Assembly: GCA_963668315.1 (NCBI GenBank)
Contig: OY764216.1
Location: 2,176,001 to 2,240,000 of the forward strand
From: Spirochaetia bacterium
GTDB taxonomy: Bacteria; Spirochaetota; Spirochaetia; DSM-2461
Direction of reading: 5' to 3'
DNA length: 64,000 nt
The notes under the pieces: generated by a model
The model's input: the letters and a program-made list of their open reading frames with translations, nothing else
Databases searched by the model: none
Told to the model about the DNA's origin: nothing
Translations under genes and position numbers: made by a program
Shown here: positions 9,217 to 18,464 of the stretch, piece by piece
Layout of the letters: the number at the start of each line of letters is the position of its first letter
How positions within the stretch are numbered: the first letter of the stretch is position 1

Positions 9217-10563
9217 ATGTTAAGGAAGTTTATTTCATTCTCCCTGGTTGTCTCCCTGGTGTCGGTACTGCTGATGACGGGATGTTCCAAGTCGGGCGGC
9301 GGCAAGGATACCGCTTTCGATCCCAATGAGGAAGTCACCATCGTCGTGGGCGGTTGGCCCGCAGGGGACGATGCGTTCAAGGCAATCATTCCCGGATTCA
9401 ACGAGAAATACCCCAACGTAAAGGTGGAGTTGAATTTTCAGCAGACCACCGACCACCACCAGCAGTTGTCCACGGCCCTGGCCGCCGGTACGGGGGCTCC
9501 CGATGTGGCCATGCTGGAGCAGGCCTGGGTCGGCCGGTACAAGGACGGCGGCGGTTTCGAGAACCTTCTGGACGAACCTTATAACGCGGGTGATCTGAAG
9601 GATGATTTCGTACAGTATAAATGGGACCTGGCCACTTCCGTGGACGGAGAGAAGACCATAGGACTGGTCTGGGACATCGGTCCGGCAACTCTGTTTTACA
9701 GAAGAGATGTCTTCAAGGAAGTGGGCCTTCCCTCCGAGCCTGAGGAAGTGGAAAAGTACCTTTCCACCTGGGACGGCGTGCTGGATGCGGCGGAAAAAGT
9801 GTATATTCCCAATGAGCGCTGGCTTCTGCCCAGCGCCTTCTACCTCTATACCTGGAACTATATGAACCGGGACTTCTATAACGACAAGCTGGAACTGACT
9901 CTGGATAAACCGGGCACCACAGAAGCCCTGGAGGCGGCCATCACCATGAGGAAAAACGGCTGGGACGCCCAGCTGCCCTCCATGTGGGAGAATGAAGCCA
10001 CCGCCGGACTGGGCGGGGGCAACCTGTGCATGGTCGTGGCCGGCTGCTGGTACGGCGGATTTCTCAAGTCCTGGATCGATCCCGAAGGGGCGGGCGACTG
10101 GGGCGTCAGCCGCATCCCCGGCGGTATCGCCGATTCCAACTGGGGCGGTTCCTACCTGGCCATCCCCTCCCAGAGCAAGCACAAAGGGGCCGCCTGGGAA
10201 TTCGTAAAATACGCCCTGGCCACCAAGGAAGGGCAGAACGGCATGTTCGAAGCGGTGGATTACTTCCCCGGATACATTCCCGCCTGGGACGATCCCATGT
10301 ACGATGAGCCCGACCCCTATTTCGGCGGTCAGAAAACAAGGCAGCTCTGGGTCGACATCTCCAAGAGCATCCAGCCTACGTTCACCACCCTGATGGACTC
10401 CACCACGGAGGAAACCCTCAACAATACGGTCAATACGGGAATCAACGAAGGATGGCCCGCCGCCCGGATTATTGAGGAAGCGAAGAAACAGATCGAAATC
10501 ACCACCCGCGAGGATAGAGATAAATTCATCGATATCCTGAAAGACGCCGGTAAGTGGGACTGA
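9217..10563 (+). CDS. Sugar ABC transporter substrate-binding lipoprotein
   Basis: Lipobox MTGC, AAGTGAPDV, NWGGSYLAIP. First gene of a CUT1-type operon. Confidence 0.92.
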   Translation: MLRKFISFSLVVSLVSVLLMTGCSKSGGGKDTAFDPNEEVTIVVGGWPAGDDAFKAIIPGFNEKYPNVKVELNFQQTTDHHQQLSTALAAGTGAPDVAMLEQAWVGRYKDGGGFENLLDEPYNAGDLKDDFVQYKWDLATSVDGEKTIGLVWDIGPATLFYRRDVFKEVGLPSEPEEVEKYLSTWDGVLDAAEKVYIPNERWLLPSAFYLYTWNYMNRDFYNDKLELTLDKPGTTEALEAAITMRKNGWDAQLPSMWENEATAGLGGGNLCMVVAGCWYGGFLKSWIDPEGAGDWGVSRIPGGIADSNWGGSYLAIPSQSKHKGAAWEFVKYALATKEGQNGMFEAVDYFPGYIPAWDDPMYDEPDPYFGGQKTRQLWVDISKSIQPTFTTLMDSTTEETLNNTVNTGINEGWPAARIIEEAKKQIEITTREDRDKFIDILKDAGKWD

Positions 10564-10575
10564 TTCTCCTTTATC

Positions 10576-10595
10576 CCCGGGAGTCCGCTCCCGGG
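10576..10595 (+). other. Intercistronic hairpin after the binding-protein gene (probable mRNA stabiliser or attenuator)
   Basis: CCCGGGAG-TCCG-CTCCCGGG. Confidence 0.55.
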
Positions 10596-10627
10596 TATTT
10601 TCCTCAATAATTAAAAGGAGTCGAATT

Positions 10628-11557
10628 ATGAACCCCATTAAGAACAGGAGGGAAGAGCCGCTCTGGAAAGAGATAAAAAGAAACCGGGTCGCCTATGCCT
10701 ACATCGCCCCTTTCTACATTCTCTTTGCCGTATTCGGCCTGTTCCCCATCGTTTCCGGATTTCTCATCAGCTTTTTCCGCTGGGACGGGCTGAGTCCCAT
10801 GAAATTCGTCATGTTTAAAAATTACGTGCGCATGTTCCAGGATCCCCTTTTCTGGAAATCCCTGGGCAATACCTTCTATATAGGGCTTATCGCCCATATC
10901 TTCATACTGCTGGGCGGCCTGATCCTGGCCTACATCCTCAATACGAAACTCATCAAGTATCCCAATATCTTCAAGACGATATATTTTCTTCCCATGGTGA
11001 CCAGCGCCGTGGCCACGGGAATCGTCTTCAAGGCCATGTTCGGGTACAACGCGGGAATCATCAATCTTTTTATCAATACCCTGGGCTTTGACAAGATCGA
11101 CTGGTGGGGCGGAACGGGCGCCTTTATCAAGCCGGCTATCATCATCATGTTCGCCTGGAAGTGGGTCGGCTGGAACATGGTCATCTACCTGGCGGGCATG
11201 CAGGGGATCAGCACCGATATATACGAGGCGGCCACCATAGACGGAGCCAGCCACTTCCACGTATTCCTGAGGATCACCATCCCCCTCCTGCGGCCCATCA
11301 TCCTCTTTACCCTGATCCAGTCCACCATCGGAACACTCAATCTCTTTACGGAGCCCTTCATCCTGCTGGGAGGAGGCAGCCTGCTCGGCGGGACGGGCAA
11401 CCAGGGCATGACGGTCATGATGTATCTCCTGAACAAGGCGCCCTACGGCAACAATCACTACGGCTACGCCTCGGCGACAGCCTATGTCATGTGTTCCATC
11501 ATCATCATCGTATCGCTTATCAATATGAAAATCACCGAAAGGAGGGAACGCAAATGA
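10628..11557 (+). CDS. Sugar ABC transporter permease (MalF-like)
   Basis: EAA motif IYEAATIDGAS and multiple TM segments. Confidence 0.93.
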   Translation: MNPIKNRREEPLWKEIKRNRVAYAYIAPFYILFAVFGLFPIVSGFLISFFRWDGLSPMKFVMFKNYVRMFQDPLFWKSLGNTFYIGLIAHIFILLGGLILAYILNTKLIKYPNIFKTIYFLPMVTSAVATGIVFKAMFGYNAGIINLFINTLGFDKIDWWGGTGAFIKPAIIIMFAWKWVGWNMVIYLAGMQGISTDIYEAATIDGASHFHVFLRITIPLLRPIILFTLIQSTIGTLNLFTEPFILLGGGSLLGGTGNQGMTVMMYLLNKAPYGNNHYGYASATAYVMCSIIIIVSLINMKITERRERK

Positions 11558-12384
11558 AACGGACCCTGGGAAAACTTCTTCTCTATCTCTGCCTTCTCGC
11601 GGTCGCCGCTCTTATGCTGCTGCCCTTTTACTGGATGATCGTCCTTTCCACCCACACCACCCATGAAATCATACAGTATCCGCCCCCCCTCTGGTTCGGC
11701 GGCAATCTCCTGCCCAATCTCCACTCCATGGTTGAGTCGGTGGCCGTATTGCGAAGCTTCATGAACAGCGTCGCGGTTTCCGGTTCTTTCACCATTCTTG
11801 TCCTTCTGCTCTGCTCCATGGGAGGCTACGCCTTCGCCATGTACAATTTTCCCGGAAGGGACAAACTGTTCGGCGTTCTCATCGTGACCATGATGATTCC
11901 CTGGACGGCGGGCATCATCCCCTGGTTTTTCATGATGTCCCGATTCGGGTGGATCAACAATTTCCTGGCCTTGATCATACCCAACAGCGCCAACGCCTTC
12001 GGGATCTTCTGGATGCGCCAGTACTGCCAGAACAACGTCCCCGCGTCCCTCATCGACGCGGCCAAAATAGACGGGCTCAGCGAGTGGTTCATCTTCTTCA
12101 AGATCATCGCTCCCATCCTTGTGCCCGGCCTGGCGGCGCTTGGCATCATGACCTTCGTCAACTCCTGGAATGATTTCATGCAGCCCATGCTTATCCTTCG
12201 GGACGAAAAGATGCATACCCTGCCCATCATGCTCAAGTACATGCTGGGAGATCCCCAGAGGGGAACCGATATGGGCGCCCTCATCTCGGCCAGCACCCTG
12301 GCTATTCTGCCCATTCTCGTCGCCTTTCTGGCGGCATCAAGATTTTTCATGTCCGGTCTGACCGCCGGAGCAGTAAAGGAGTAA
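11554..12384 (+). CDS. Sugar ABC transporter permease (MalG-like)
   Basis: Starts MKRTLGK with ATGA overlap. LIDAAKIDG, C-terminal GLTAGAVKE. Confidence 0.93.
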   Translation: MKRTLGKLLLYLCLLAVAALMLLPFYWMIVLSTHTTHEIIQYPPPLWFGGNLLPNLHSMVESVAVLRSFMNSVAVSGSFTILVLLLCSMGGYAFAMYNFPGRDKLFGVLIVTMMIPWTAGIIPWFFMMSRFGWINNFLALIIPNSANAFGIFWMRQYCQNNVPASLIDAAKIDGLSEWFIFFKIIAPILVPGLAALGIMTFVNSWNDFMQPMLILRDEKMHTLPIMLKYMLGDPQRGTDMGALISASTLAILPILVAFLAASRFFMSGLTAGAVKE

Positions 12385-12387
12385 ATT

Positions 12388-14373
12388 ATGCTGGATATTC
12401 AATTCGGTGCCGACTATTATCCGGAACACTGGCCGGAGGAACGGTGGGAAACGGACGCCCGCCTGATGCAGGAGATGGGCCTGGGAGTCGTACGCATGGC
12501 GGAGTTCGCCTGGACCCGGATAGAACCGCGGGAAGGGGAGTTTCACTTCGAATGGCTGGAGAAGGCCGTCAACCTGCTGGGGAAATACGGCGTGAAAACC
12601 ATCCTCGGCACGCCTACGCCCACACCTCCCGCCTGGATCGTCGAGAATCACCCCGAAATCCTCGCCGTTAATTCCCGGGGCGTTCAAGTCGGATTCGGCG
12701 GGCGGCACCACGACTGCCAGTCGAACCGGACCTACCGGGCCCATGGGGTCCGCATGATCGAAGCCCTGACGAAACACTTCAGCGGCAACCCCCATGTGGT
12801 GGGCTGGCAGACCGATAACGAGCTGGGCAACAGCCATGACGATCTCTGCCACTGCCCCTCCTGCCGGACCGCCTTCCAGGACTGGCTGCGCGACAAGTAT
12901 ACCACCGTGGAGGAGCTGAACCGCCGCTGGGGCACGGTTTTCTGGAGCCAGGAATATGACAGTTTCAGGCAGATTCCTACTCCCGGCTACAACGTGACCG
13001 CCCACAGTCCCTCCCTCCTTTTGGACTGGAAACGGTTCCACTCCGATCTGATATGCGATTTCCAGAAGTTTCAGATCGATATTATCAGAAAGAACTGCCC
13101 CGGCCAGATCATCACCCATAATTTTATGGGCTTTTTCGACCTGATCGATTACTACGACCTGGCCGAACCTTTGGATTTTATCAGCCACGACCAGTATCCC
13201 ACGGGCTTCTTCGATAATCCCCAGCCGGGGAAGACACCCTCCGTCCTGGCCGCGACCCTGGACCTGATGAGAGGGCTCAAGAACCAGACCTTCTGGATTA
13301 TGGAGCAGCAGTCCGGACCGACGGGATGGACCATACTGGGCCGTACGCCCGAGCCGGGTCAGCTCTCTCTCTGGGCGGCCCAGTCCATAGCCCGGGGCGC
13401 CGACTGCGTCGTCTTCTTCCGGTGGCGCACCTGCACGGTGGGCACGGAGCAGTACTGGCACGGCATCCTCCCGCACAGCGGGAATCCGGGGCGGCGTTAC
13501 GCCGAGCTGAAGGAAACGATCGGACGCCTTACCCCGGTGATGAAGGAGTTCCGCGGAGCCCTGAGCGGCGCCGAGGGGGCCGTCCTCTTCGATTATGACC
13601 AGAACTGGGCCATGGAAATCCAGCCCCACCATCCCGACTTGGACTATATCAGGCAGATCCAGGTTTATTACGACGCCTTCCATAAGAGGAATGTCCCCCT
13701 GGATTTTATCAGCAGGGAAAGGGATTTCTCGGGCTACAAGCTGATTATCGCCCCTCTGATGTATCTTATGACTCCCGAACTGGAAGAGAAGTTTGAATCC
13801 TATGTCCGCGGGGGAGGGAGGCTGGTCCTGACCATGCGGACCGGTGTCAAGAACGATGATAATGTCTGTATGGACGAAAGGGAGCTGCCCGGCAAGGCGG
13901 GAGACCTCCTGGGGATCGAGGTCTCCGAATACGATTGCCTGAGGGACATTACCAGAAAGGTTTCCTGGGGGGATGATTCCTCTCTGAAGGCTTTGAAGTG
14001 GTGTGATCTTATCACCGTCAAAGAGGCTGACACTCTGGCTGAAGTGGCCGACGGATGGTACGGGGGAACGCCGGTTGTGACGGAAAATGGCGTAGGACAG
14101 GGAAAGGCTCTCTATGTGGGAACCGAACCGGACGAAGCCCTGGCCGACCGGCTGGCCGGCTATCTTATGGAAGAAGCCGGTCTTGAACCGCTGGCGAGCG
14201 GTCGAGACGGCTGGGAGCTTATCCGCCGAAGGGCTGAAGACAGGGATTATCTCTTTGTTCTGAATCATCAGGGGGAGACGAGAGAGTTTGCCGTACCCTC
14301 CGGCTGGCAGGCCGTAGTGCATGAAAATCCCGTTCCTCCCTACGGATTCAGTCTGTTTTCCAGGGATTTCTAG
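12388..14373 (+). CDS. GH42 beta-galactosidase
   Basis: FGADYYPEHW, AEFAW, WQTDNE, CHCPSC Zn site, MEQQSG, EQYWHGIL. Confidence 0.94.
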   Translation: MLDIQFGADYYPEHWPEERWETDARLMQEMGLGVVRMAEFAWTRIEPREGEFHFEWLEKAVNLLGKYGVKTILGTPTPTPPAWIVENHPEILAVNSRGVQVGFGGRHHDCQSNRTYRAHGVRMIEALTKHFSGNPHVVGWQTDNELGNSHDDLCHCPSCRTAFQDWLRDKYTTVEELNRRWGTVFWSQEYDSFRQIPTPGYNVTAHSPSLLLDWKRFHSDLICDFQKFQIDIIRKNCPGQIITHNFMGFFDLIDYYDLAEPLDFISHDQYPTGFFDNPQPGKTPSVLAATLDLMRGLKNQTFWIMEQQSGPTGWTILGRTPEPGQLSLWAAQSIARGADCVVFFRWRTCTVGTEQYWHGILPHSGNPGRRYAELKETIGRLTPVMKEFRGALSGAEGAVLFDYDQNWAMEIQPHHPDLDYIRQIQVYYDAFHKRNVPLDFISRERDFSGYKLIIAPLMYLMTPELEEKFESYVRGGGRLVLTMRTGVKNDDNVCMDERELPGKAGDLLGIEVSEYDCLRDITRKVSWGDDSSLKALKWCDLITVKEADTLAEVADGWYGGTPVVTENGVGQGKALYVGTEPDEALADRLAGYLMEEAGLEPLASGRDGWELIRRRAEDRDYLFVLNHQGETREFAVPSGWQAVVHENPVPPYGFSLFSRDF

Positions 14374-14515
14374 GGTTTTTAAGGCTCTTCTCAACATTAC
14401 ACTATTGAAATGATAGTGTAATGACTGGTTTTTCTTTGATGAATGTTGTATATTGGAAGTGTGTAGGAAAAATGCATTATATGAAGATAATGTGAAGTTC
14501 TGGGACATTTAAAAA

Positions 14516-14806
14516 ATGCAATGTAAAAAGGAACAGACGTTGAAAGAGCGAAACATTCTGGCTTCGGGGGCAGGTACCTGCCCCCACTGTTCACAGTGTC
14601 ATAATTTTTTCAGTAACGTCAGAAAGATTAATCAGGAAATGAAGGGAGCCCTTCAGAAGCTCTACTGCCTCTCCCGATATAACAGATGTGCGCGTTACTT
14701 CATCATCGAGCGGATAGACAATTCCACCGTGCCCGATGACCTCTATCCCAACCAGGAAATCAGAGCCCATTCTCTTGTGCAAGAGGAGCAAAAGCGTTAT
14801 TCTTGA
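14516..14806 (+). CDS. Small Cys-rich hypothetical protein
   Basis: CPHCSQC...YC...CARY...VPDDLYPNQ. Ends 3 nt before the U32 gene. Confidence 0.65.
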   Translation: MQCKKEQTLKERNILASGAGTCPHCSQCHNFFSNVRKINQEMKGALQKLYCLSRYNRCARYFIIERIDNSTVPDDLYPNQEIRAHSLVQEEQKRYS

Positions 14807-14809
14807 TCC

Positions 14810-16021
14810 ATGGAATTACTATCTCCCGCGGGCAGTATAGAAAAGCTGAAATATGCCTGGCTGTACGGTGCCGATGCGGCTTATATCGGACTACAGGGCT
14901 TTTCCCTCAGGGCCAAGGCGGACAATTTCGCCAATGAAGCGGACCATGCAGAGGAAGAAGCGGAATATATCAAATCGATAAAGGGACAGAATAAACTTTA
15001 CTGCGCTCTGAATATCTATTTTCATAATAAAGATCTCGCCCGTCTGGAAAGAAATCTCGCCGCCTTCGAAGCCTATCCTTTCGACGCGTTTATCATAAGC
15101 GACATAGGCCTGCTTCCCCTCCTCAAGAGACGATTTCCCCATACGGAACTCCATCTTAGTACTCAGGCAAACGCCACGAACGGAGAGGCGGTCAAAATGT
15201 ACGGGGACATGGGATTTTCCCGGGTTGTTCTGGGAAGGGAAGTCTCCCTGGCCGAGATCGAATCGATCAAGAAAGCCGCGCCCCATATCGAACTGGAGGC
15301 TTTTGTTCACGGCGCCATGTGCCTGGCCTATTCGGGCCGCTGCTTCCTAAGCGCCTGGATGACCGGCCGCTCGGGTAATGACGGAACCTGCGCCCACTCC
15401 TGCCGCTGGGACTACCGCGTCCTGGAAGAGGAGAAGCGCCCCGGCCAGTACTATCCCGTCATAGAGAACGAAGGCTTCACCACCATTCTCTCCTCCAAGG
15501 ATATCTGCATGATAGATCATCTTAAGGAGATGAAGGAGACAGGGGTCGACTCCCTGAAGATAGAGGGACGGATGAAGTCCATCTATTACACCGCCGTGGT
15601 TACCCGGGCCTACCGGAAAGCTTTGGACAGGCTGGCGGGAAAGAATGTCCCCGACTACGAGGGATACCGGGAGGAACTGAACAAGGTCAGCCACCGGGAA
15701 TTTTCCACCGGCTTCTATTTCAGTAAGCATGACGTGGAAAAATCCACCGAGATCTCCTACCAGAGGCAGTACACCTTCATGGGCTCCCTGGGAAAGGAGA
15801 TCGCCCCCGGTCAGTTTGAACTGGATATCAAAAATAAGATCCTCCGCTCCGACGAACTGGAGTTCATCGGTCCCGACGAGCTCTACCTCTCCGACAGGAA
15901 CTGGAAAATCCTGGAGCCCTCCGGAGAAGAGCCGGAAGAGGCGGATCATGGAAAATCCTATACCATCATCCCCGGGATAAAAGCTCAGGAAGGGTACATC
16001 ATCAGAAAGAAAAAGGACTGA
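14810..16021 (+). CDS. Peptidase U32 family protein (TrhP/YegQ-like tRNA hydroxylation)
   Basis: ELLSPAG, HLSTQAN, HGAMCLAYSGRC...CAHSCRW Fe-S motif, SLKIEGRMKS. Confidence 0.9.
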   Translation: MELLSPAGSIEKLKYAWLYGADAAYIGLQGFSLRAKADNFANEADHAEEEAEYIKSIKGQNKLYCALNIYFHNKDLARLERNLAAFEAYPFDAFIISDIGLLPLLKRRFPHTELHLSTQANATNGEAVKMYGDMGFSRVVLGREVSLAEIESIKKAAPHIELEAFVHGAMCLAYSGRCFLSAWMTGRSGNDGTCAHSCRWDYRVLEEEKRPGQYYPVIENEGFTTILSSKDICMIDHLKEMKETGVDSLKIEGRMKSIYYTAVVTRAYRKALDRLAGKNVPDYEGYREELNKVSHREFSTGFYFSKHDVEKSTEISYQRQYTFMGSLGKEIAPGQFELDIKNKILRSDELEFIGPDELYLSDRNWKILEPSGEEPEEADHGKSYTIIPGIKAQEGYIIRKKKD

Positions 16022-16026
16022 TTTTC

Positions 16027-17205
16027 ATGGACTTCAGCATCATATTTGTCATCATTCTCCTGGGAGGATGGATTTTCGGCCGCATCTTCGGCAAAATCGG
16101 TCTGCCATCCATTTTCGGAATGGTCGTTTTCGGGATCATCTGTTCCCTGACCCTGACGGATAAAGCACCGGACTTGCTGTGGGATATGGCGCCCTATCTC
16201 AAATCCTTCGCTCTTATAGTCATACTTTTGCGAGCCGGTCTGGGACTGAACAAGGACGCCCTCAAAAAAAACGGTCGTGTCGCCGTATTGCTGGCTTTCC
16301 TTCCCTGCCTCGTGGAGGGAGCGGCCCTTACCCTGGCCATAAGGTTCGTATTCGGCTTTGATCTTTTCACCGCCGGTCTGACCGGCTATATGTTGGCCGC
16401 CGTTTCCCCCGCCGTTATTGTGCCGTCCATGCTCGATTTGAAGGAGAAGGGGATAGGCCGGGAGAAGGACGTCCCCACCATCATTCTGGCCGGCGCTTCG
16501 GTGGACGATGTGATCGCCATAACCCTGTTTACCGTTTTTCTGGATCTGGCCCTTTCCGGGCAGGCCGATATACTGCGTTCCGTCCTCTCCGTTCCCCTCT
16601 CCCTCGTTCTGGGCATAGCCGCGGGAGGGGTGGCGGGATTTCTGCTGCTCCGTTTTTTCCGTCGCTTTCACGAGAGCATCAGAGCCACGGAGAAAACCCT
16701 GGTCCTGATTATGGCGGGCACCCTTCTGGTCGATCTGGGGGACAGCGCCCATTTCGCCGCACTGATAGGCCTTATGACCATAGGTTTCATTCTTCTTGAA
16801 CGATCCGAAGTCATCGCCCATGAACTGGCGGGGAAACTCTCTAAAATCTGGGTCTTCGCCGAGATCGTTCTATTTGTTCTGATCGGATTCTCCCTGGATG
16901 TACACGTCGCTCTGGCAGGAGGACTCAAGGCTCTGGCCGTTCTGGCTATCGGGCTCTTTTTCCGTTCCCTCGCCGTTCTGGCCTCCACTTCCTTTTCGAC
17001 GCTTTCCTGGCGGGAGCGTCTTTTCTGCGTAATCGCCTACCTTCCCAAAGCTACCGTGCAGGCGGCCCTGGGAGGAGTAGCCCTGAGCCGGGGAATTCCC
17101 GAAGGGGACACCATTCTGGCCCTGGCCGTCCTGGCAATCATTGTCACCACACCCATAGGGCTGATCGGTATACGGGTATTCGGCAAACCTCTTCTGGACA
17201 GCTGA
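16027..17205 (+). CDS. Cation:proton antiporter (CPA1, NHA-like)
   Basis: ILLRAGLGL, AAVSPAVIVP, GASVDDVIAI, PKATVQAALG. Confidence 0.88.
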   Translation: MDFSIIFVIILLGGWIFGRIFGKIGLPSIFGMVVFGIICSLTLTDKAPDLLWDMAPYLKSFALIVILLRAGLGLNKDALKKNGRVAVLLAFLPCLVEGAALTLAIRFVFGFDLFTAGLTGYMLAAVSPAVIVPSMLDLKEKGIGREKDVPTIILAGASVDDVIAITLFTVFLDLALSGQADILRSVLSVPLSLVLGIAAGGVAGFLLLRFFRRFHESIRATEKTLVLIMAGTLLVDLGDSAHFAALIGLMTIGFILLERSEVIAHELAGKLSKIWVFAEIVLFVLIGFSLDVHVALAGGLKALAVLAIGLFFRSLAVLASTSFSTLSWRERLFCVIAYLPKATVQAALGGVALSRGIPEGDTILALAVLAIIVTTPIGLIGIRVFGKPLLDS

Positions 17206-17390
17206 TAAGGGAAAGGGAAAGCGGAAAGCGGAAAGCGTTATATTGAAAACGGTATAATACCCCTTTTCACAGTGAGATAGCTTAAGGCATAAATGAAGTG
17301 TTGTGATATAAAACGTATTTGTTATTGGTGGCTTACTCCGGGAGTCGCAAAGGAATACGTCTTTTCCGAGAATGGGGAATACAGATAAGA

Positions 17391-17663
17391 ATGAAAATAG
17401 ATAAGAATGAGATCCTGGAGAAGATATGTTATACCGATCTCGTTTATGATCGGATAAATAAAAAATTAAACATATCACTCTCAAAAATTGAGAGTGAAAG
17501 ATTTATTCTGAGAATACTGCAAGAGACTCAAGATGATAATTATAAGATGATAGGAAAGAATTTTTATGTTAATAATTTCACTGAAAATATCAGGATAACC
17601 ATTAATAGAAATACTTTCAGAATCATTACAGCAGATATAATCGATAAAAATAAAATAAAATGA
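17391..17663 (+). CDS. DUF3781-like small protein (low GC)
   Basis: ICYTDLVYDRINKKL...GKNFYV...ITINRNTFRIITAD. The ATG at 17391 is preferred over the upstream start. Confidence 0.7.
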   Translation: MKIDKNEILEKICYTDLVYDRINKKLNISLSKIESERFILRILQETQDDNYKMIGKNFYVNNFTENIRITINRNTFRIITADIIDKNKIK

Positions 17664-17800
17664 TGTTCAGGAAGGTCAAGGAAATCCTCGTGATTTATTC
17701 TTTTCAGGAAATGATGTCTATGAAAAACTTTCTATCAATGAGAACATTCCAAGTAGGTTATGGTGAGCAATTTGAAATATTATGAGGAACTATAAGGAAA

Positions 17801-18367
17801 TTGTTCAAATATTATATAATCATTTTTTTAGTATCATTTTCAGAACTTGTTTCCTCTCAGGAAGATAATAACAGGGATATATCGGCCGTTAAGCTAAATG
17901 ATTTTTCAATTGAATATTTAAAGAACGAGAATCCAGATAATATCGTTGAATTATGTATAAATACAGAGACATTATCCTCCCTTGAAAAAGATATCTATTA
18001 TCAAGAATTGGATAATTACATCATTGCCCATGCAGACATAGATAACGATAGATTTGAGTTAATTAAAATGTCATTAATTGATATTCTTTATTTAATGAAA
18101 GCGTGTGAAGAGTATGGCACCTTTTTCCAGCATATGGAACATCGATTAGGAGCATATTCAATATGGCTTACATATACAAAAAAAACAAACGGACAGGATT
18201 TAACTTTAAAAAGAATAATTGATAATATTATTAATGATATTTCTGATAATAAAGATATTGAAATTGCAAAAGAACAATATAAGCAATGTATTGATGATTT
18301 TGCACGAATAGACGATCAAACCATAACTGCCAATATAATATGGTTTTATGAAAATTATATGAAATGA
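17801..18367 (+). CDS. Secreted or membrane hypothetical protein (low GC)
   Basis: TTG start after AAGGA. Hydrophobic N-terminus and AT-rich codon use. Confidence 0.65.
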   Translation: MFKYYIIIFLVSFSELVSSQEDNNRDISAVKLNDFSIEYLKNENPDNIVELCINTETLSSLEKDIYYQELDNYIIAHADIDNDRFELIKMSLIDILYLMKACEEYGTFFQHMEHRLGAYSIWLTYTKKTNGQDLTLKRIIDNIINDISDNKDIEIAKEQYKQCIDDFARIDDQTITANIIWFYENYMK

Positions 18368-18464
18368 AAAATGCAGTAGAAGAACAGGCTTCCAGGAAAT
18401 GGTCCATGCCACTTCGGAACTGGAAGCCTGATATGAATAGAGTAGCCATCCATATGAGGGCCTG

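Noticed and set aside
11104..11553. Extended N-terminus of the second permease ORF
   Set aside because: Overlaps the first permease out of frame. The real start is the ATGA-coupled ATG at 11554.
9217..12384. ABC operon without an ATPase gene
   Set aside because: Normal for CUT1 sugar transporters, which share an MsmX/MalK-type ATPase encoded elsewhere.
12337..14508. Long antisense ORFs (723 aa here; also 9235..10638, 6167..7534, 58267..59832, 62650..63960 and others)
   Set aside because: They lie opposite well-supported genes and show no motifs. They are expected shadows of GC-rich third-codon bias.
17208..17237. Short tandem GGAAAG/GCGGAAA repeats as a possible CRISPR or VNTR
   Set aside because: Units are 6-7 bp with no spacers and no cas genes. 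Only a microsatellite-like stretch.
18386..18430. Inverted repeat after the AT-rich gene as a possible integron attC site
   Set aside because: Lacks RYYYAAC/GTTRRRY core sites, is single-copy, and no integrase is nearby.
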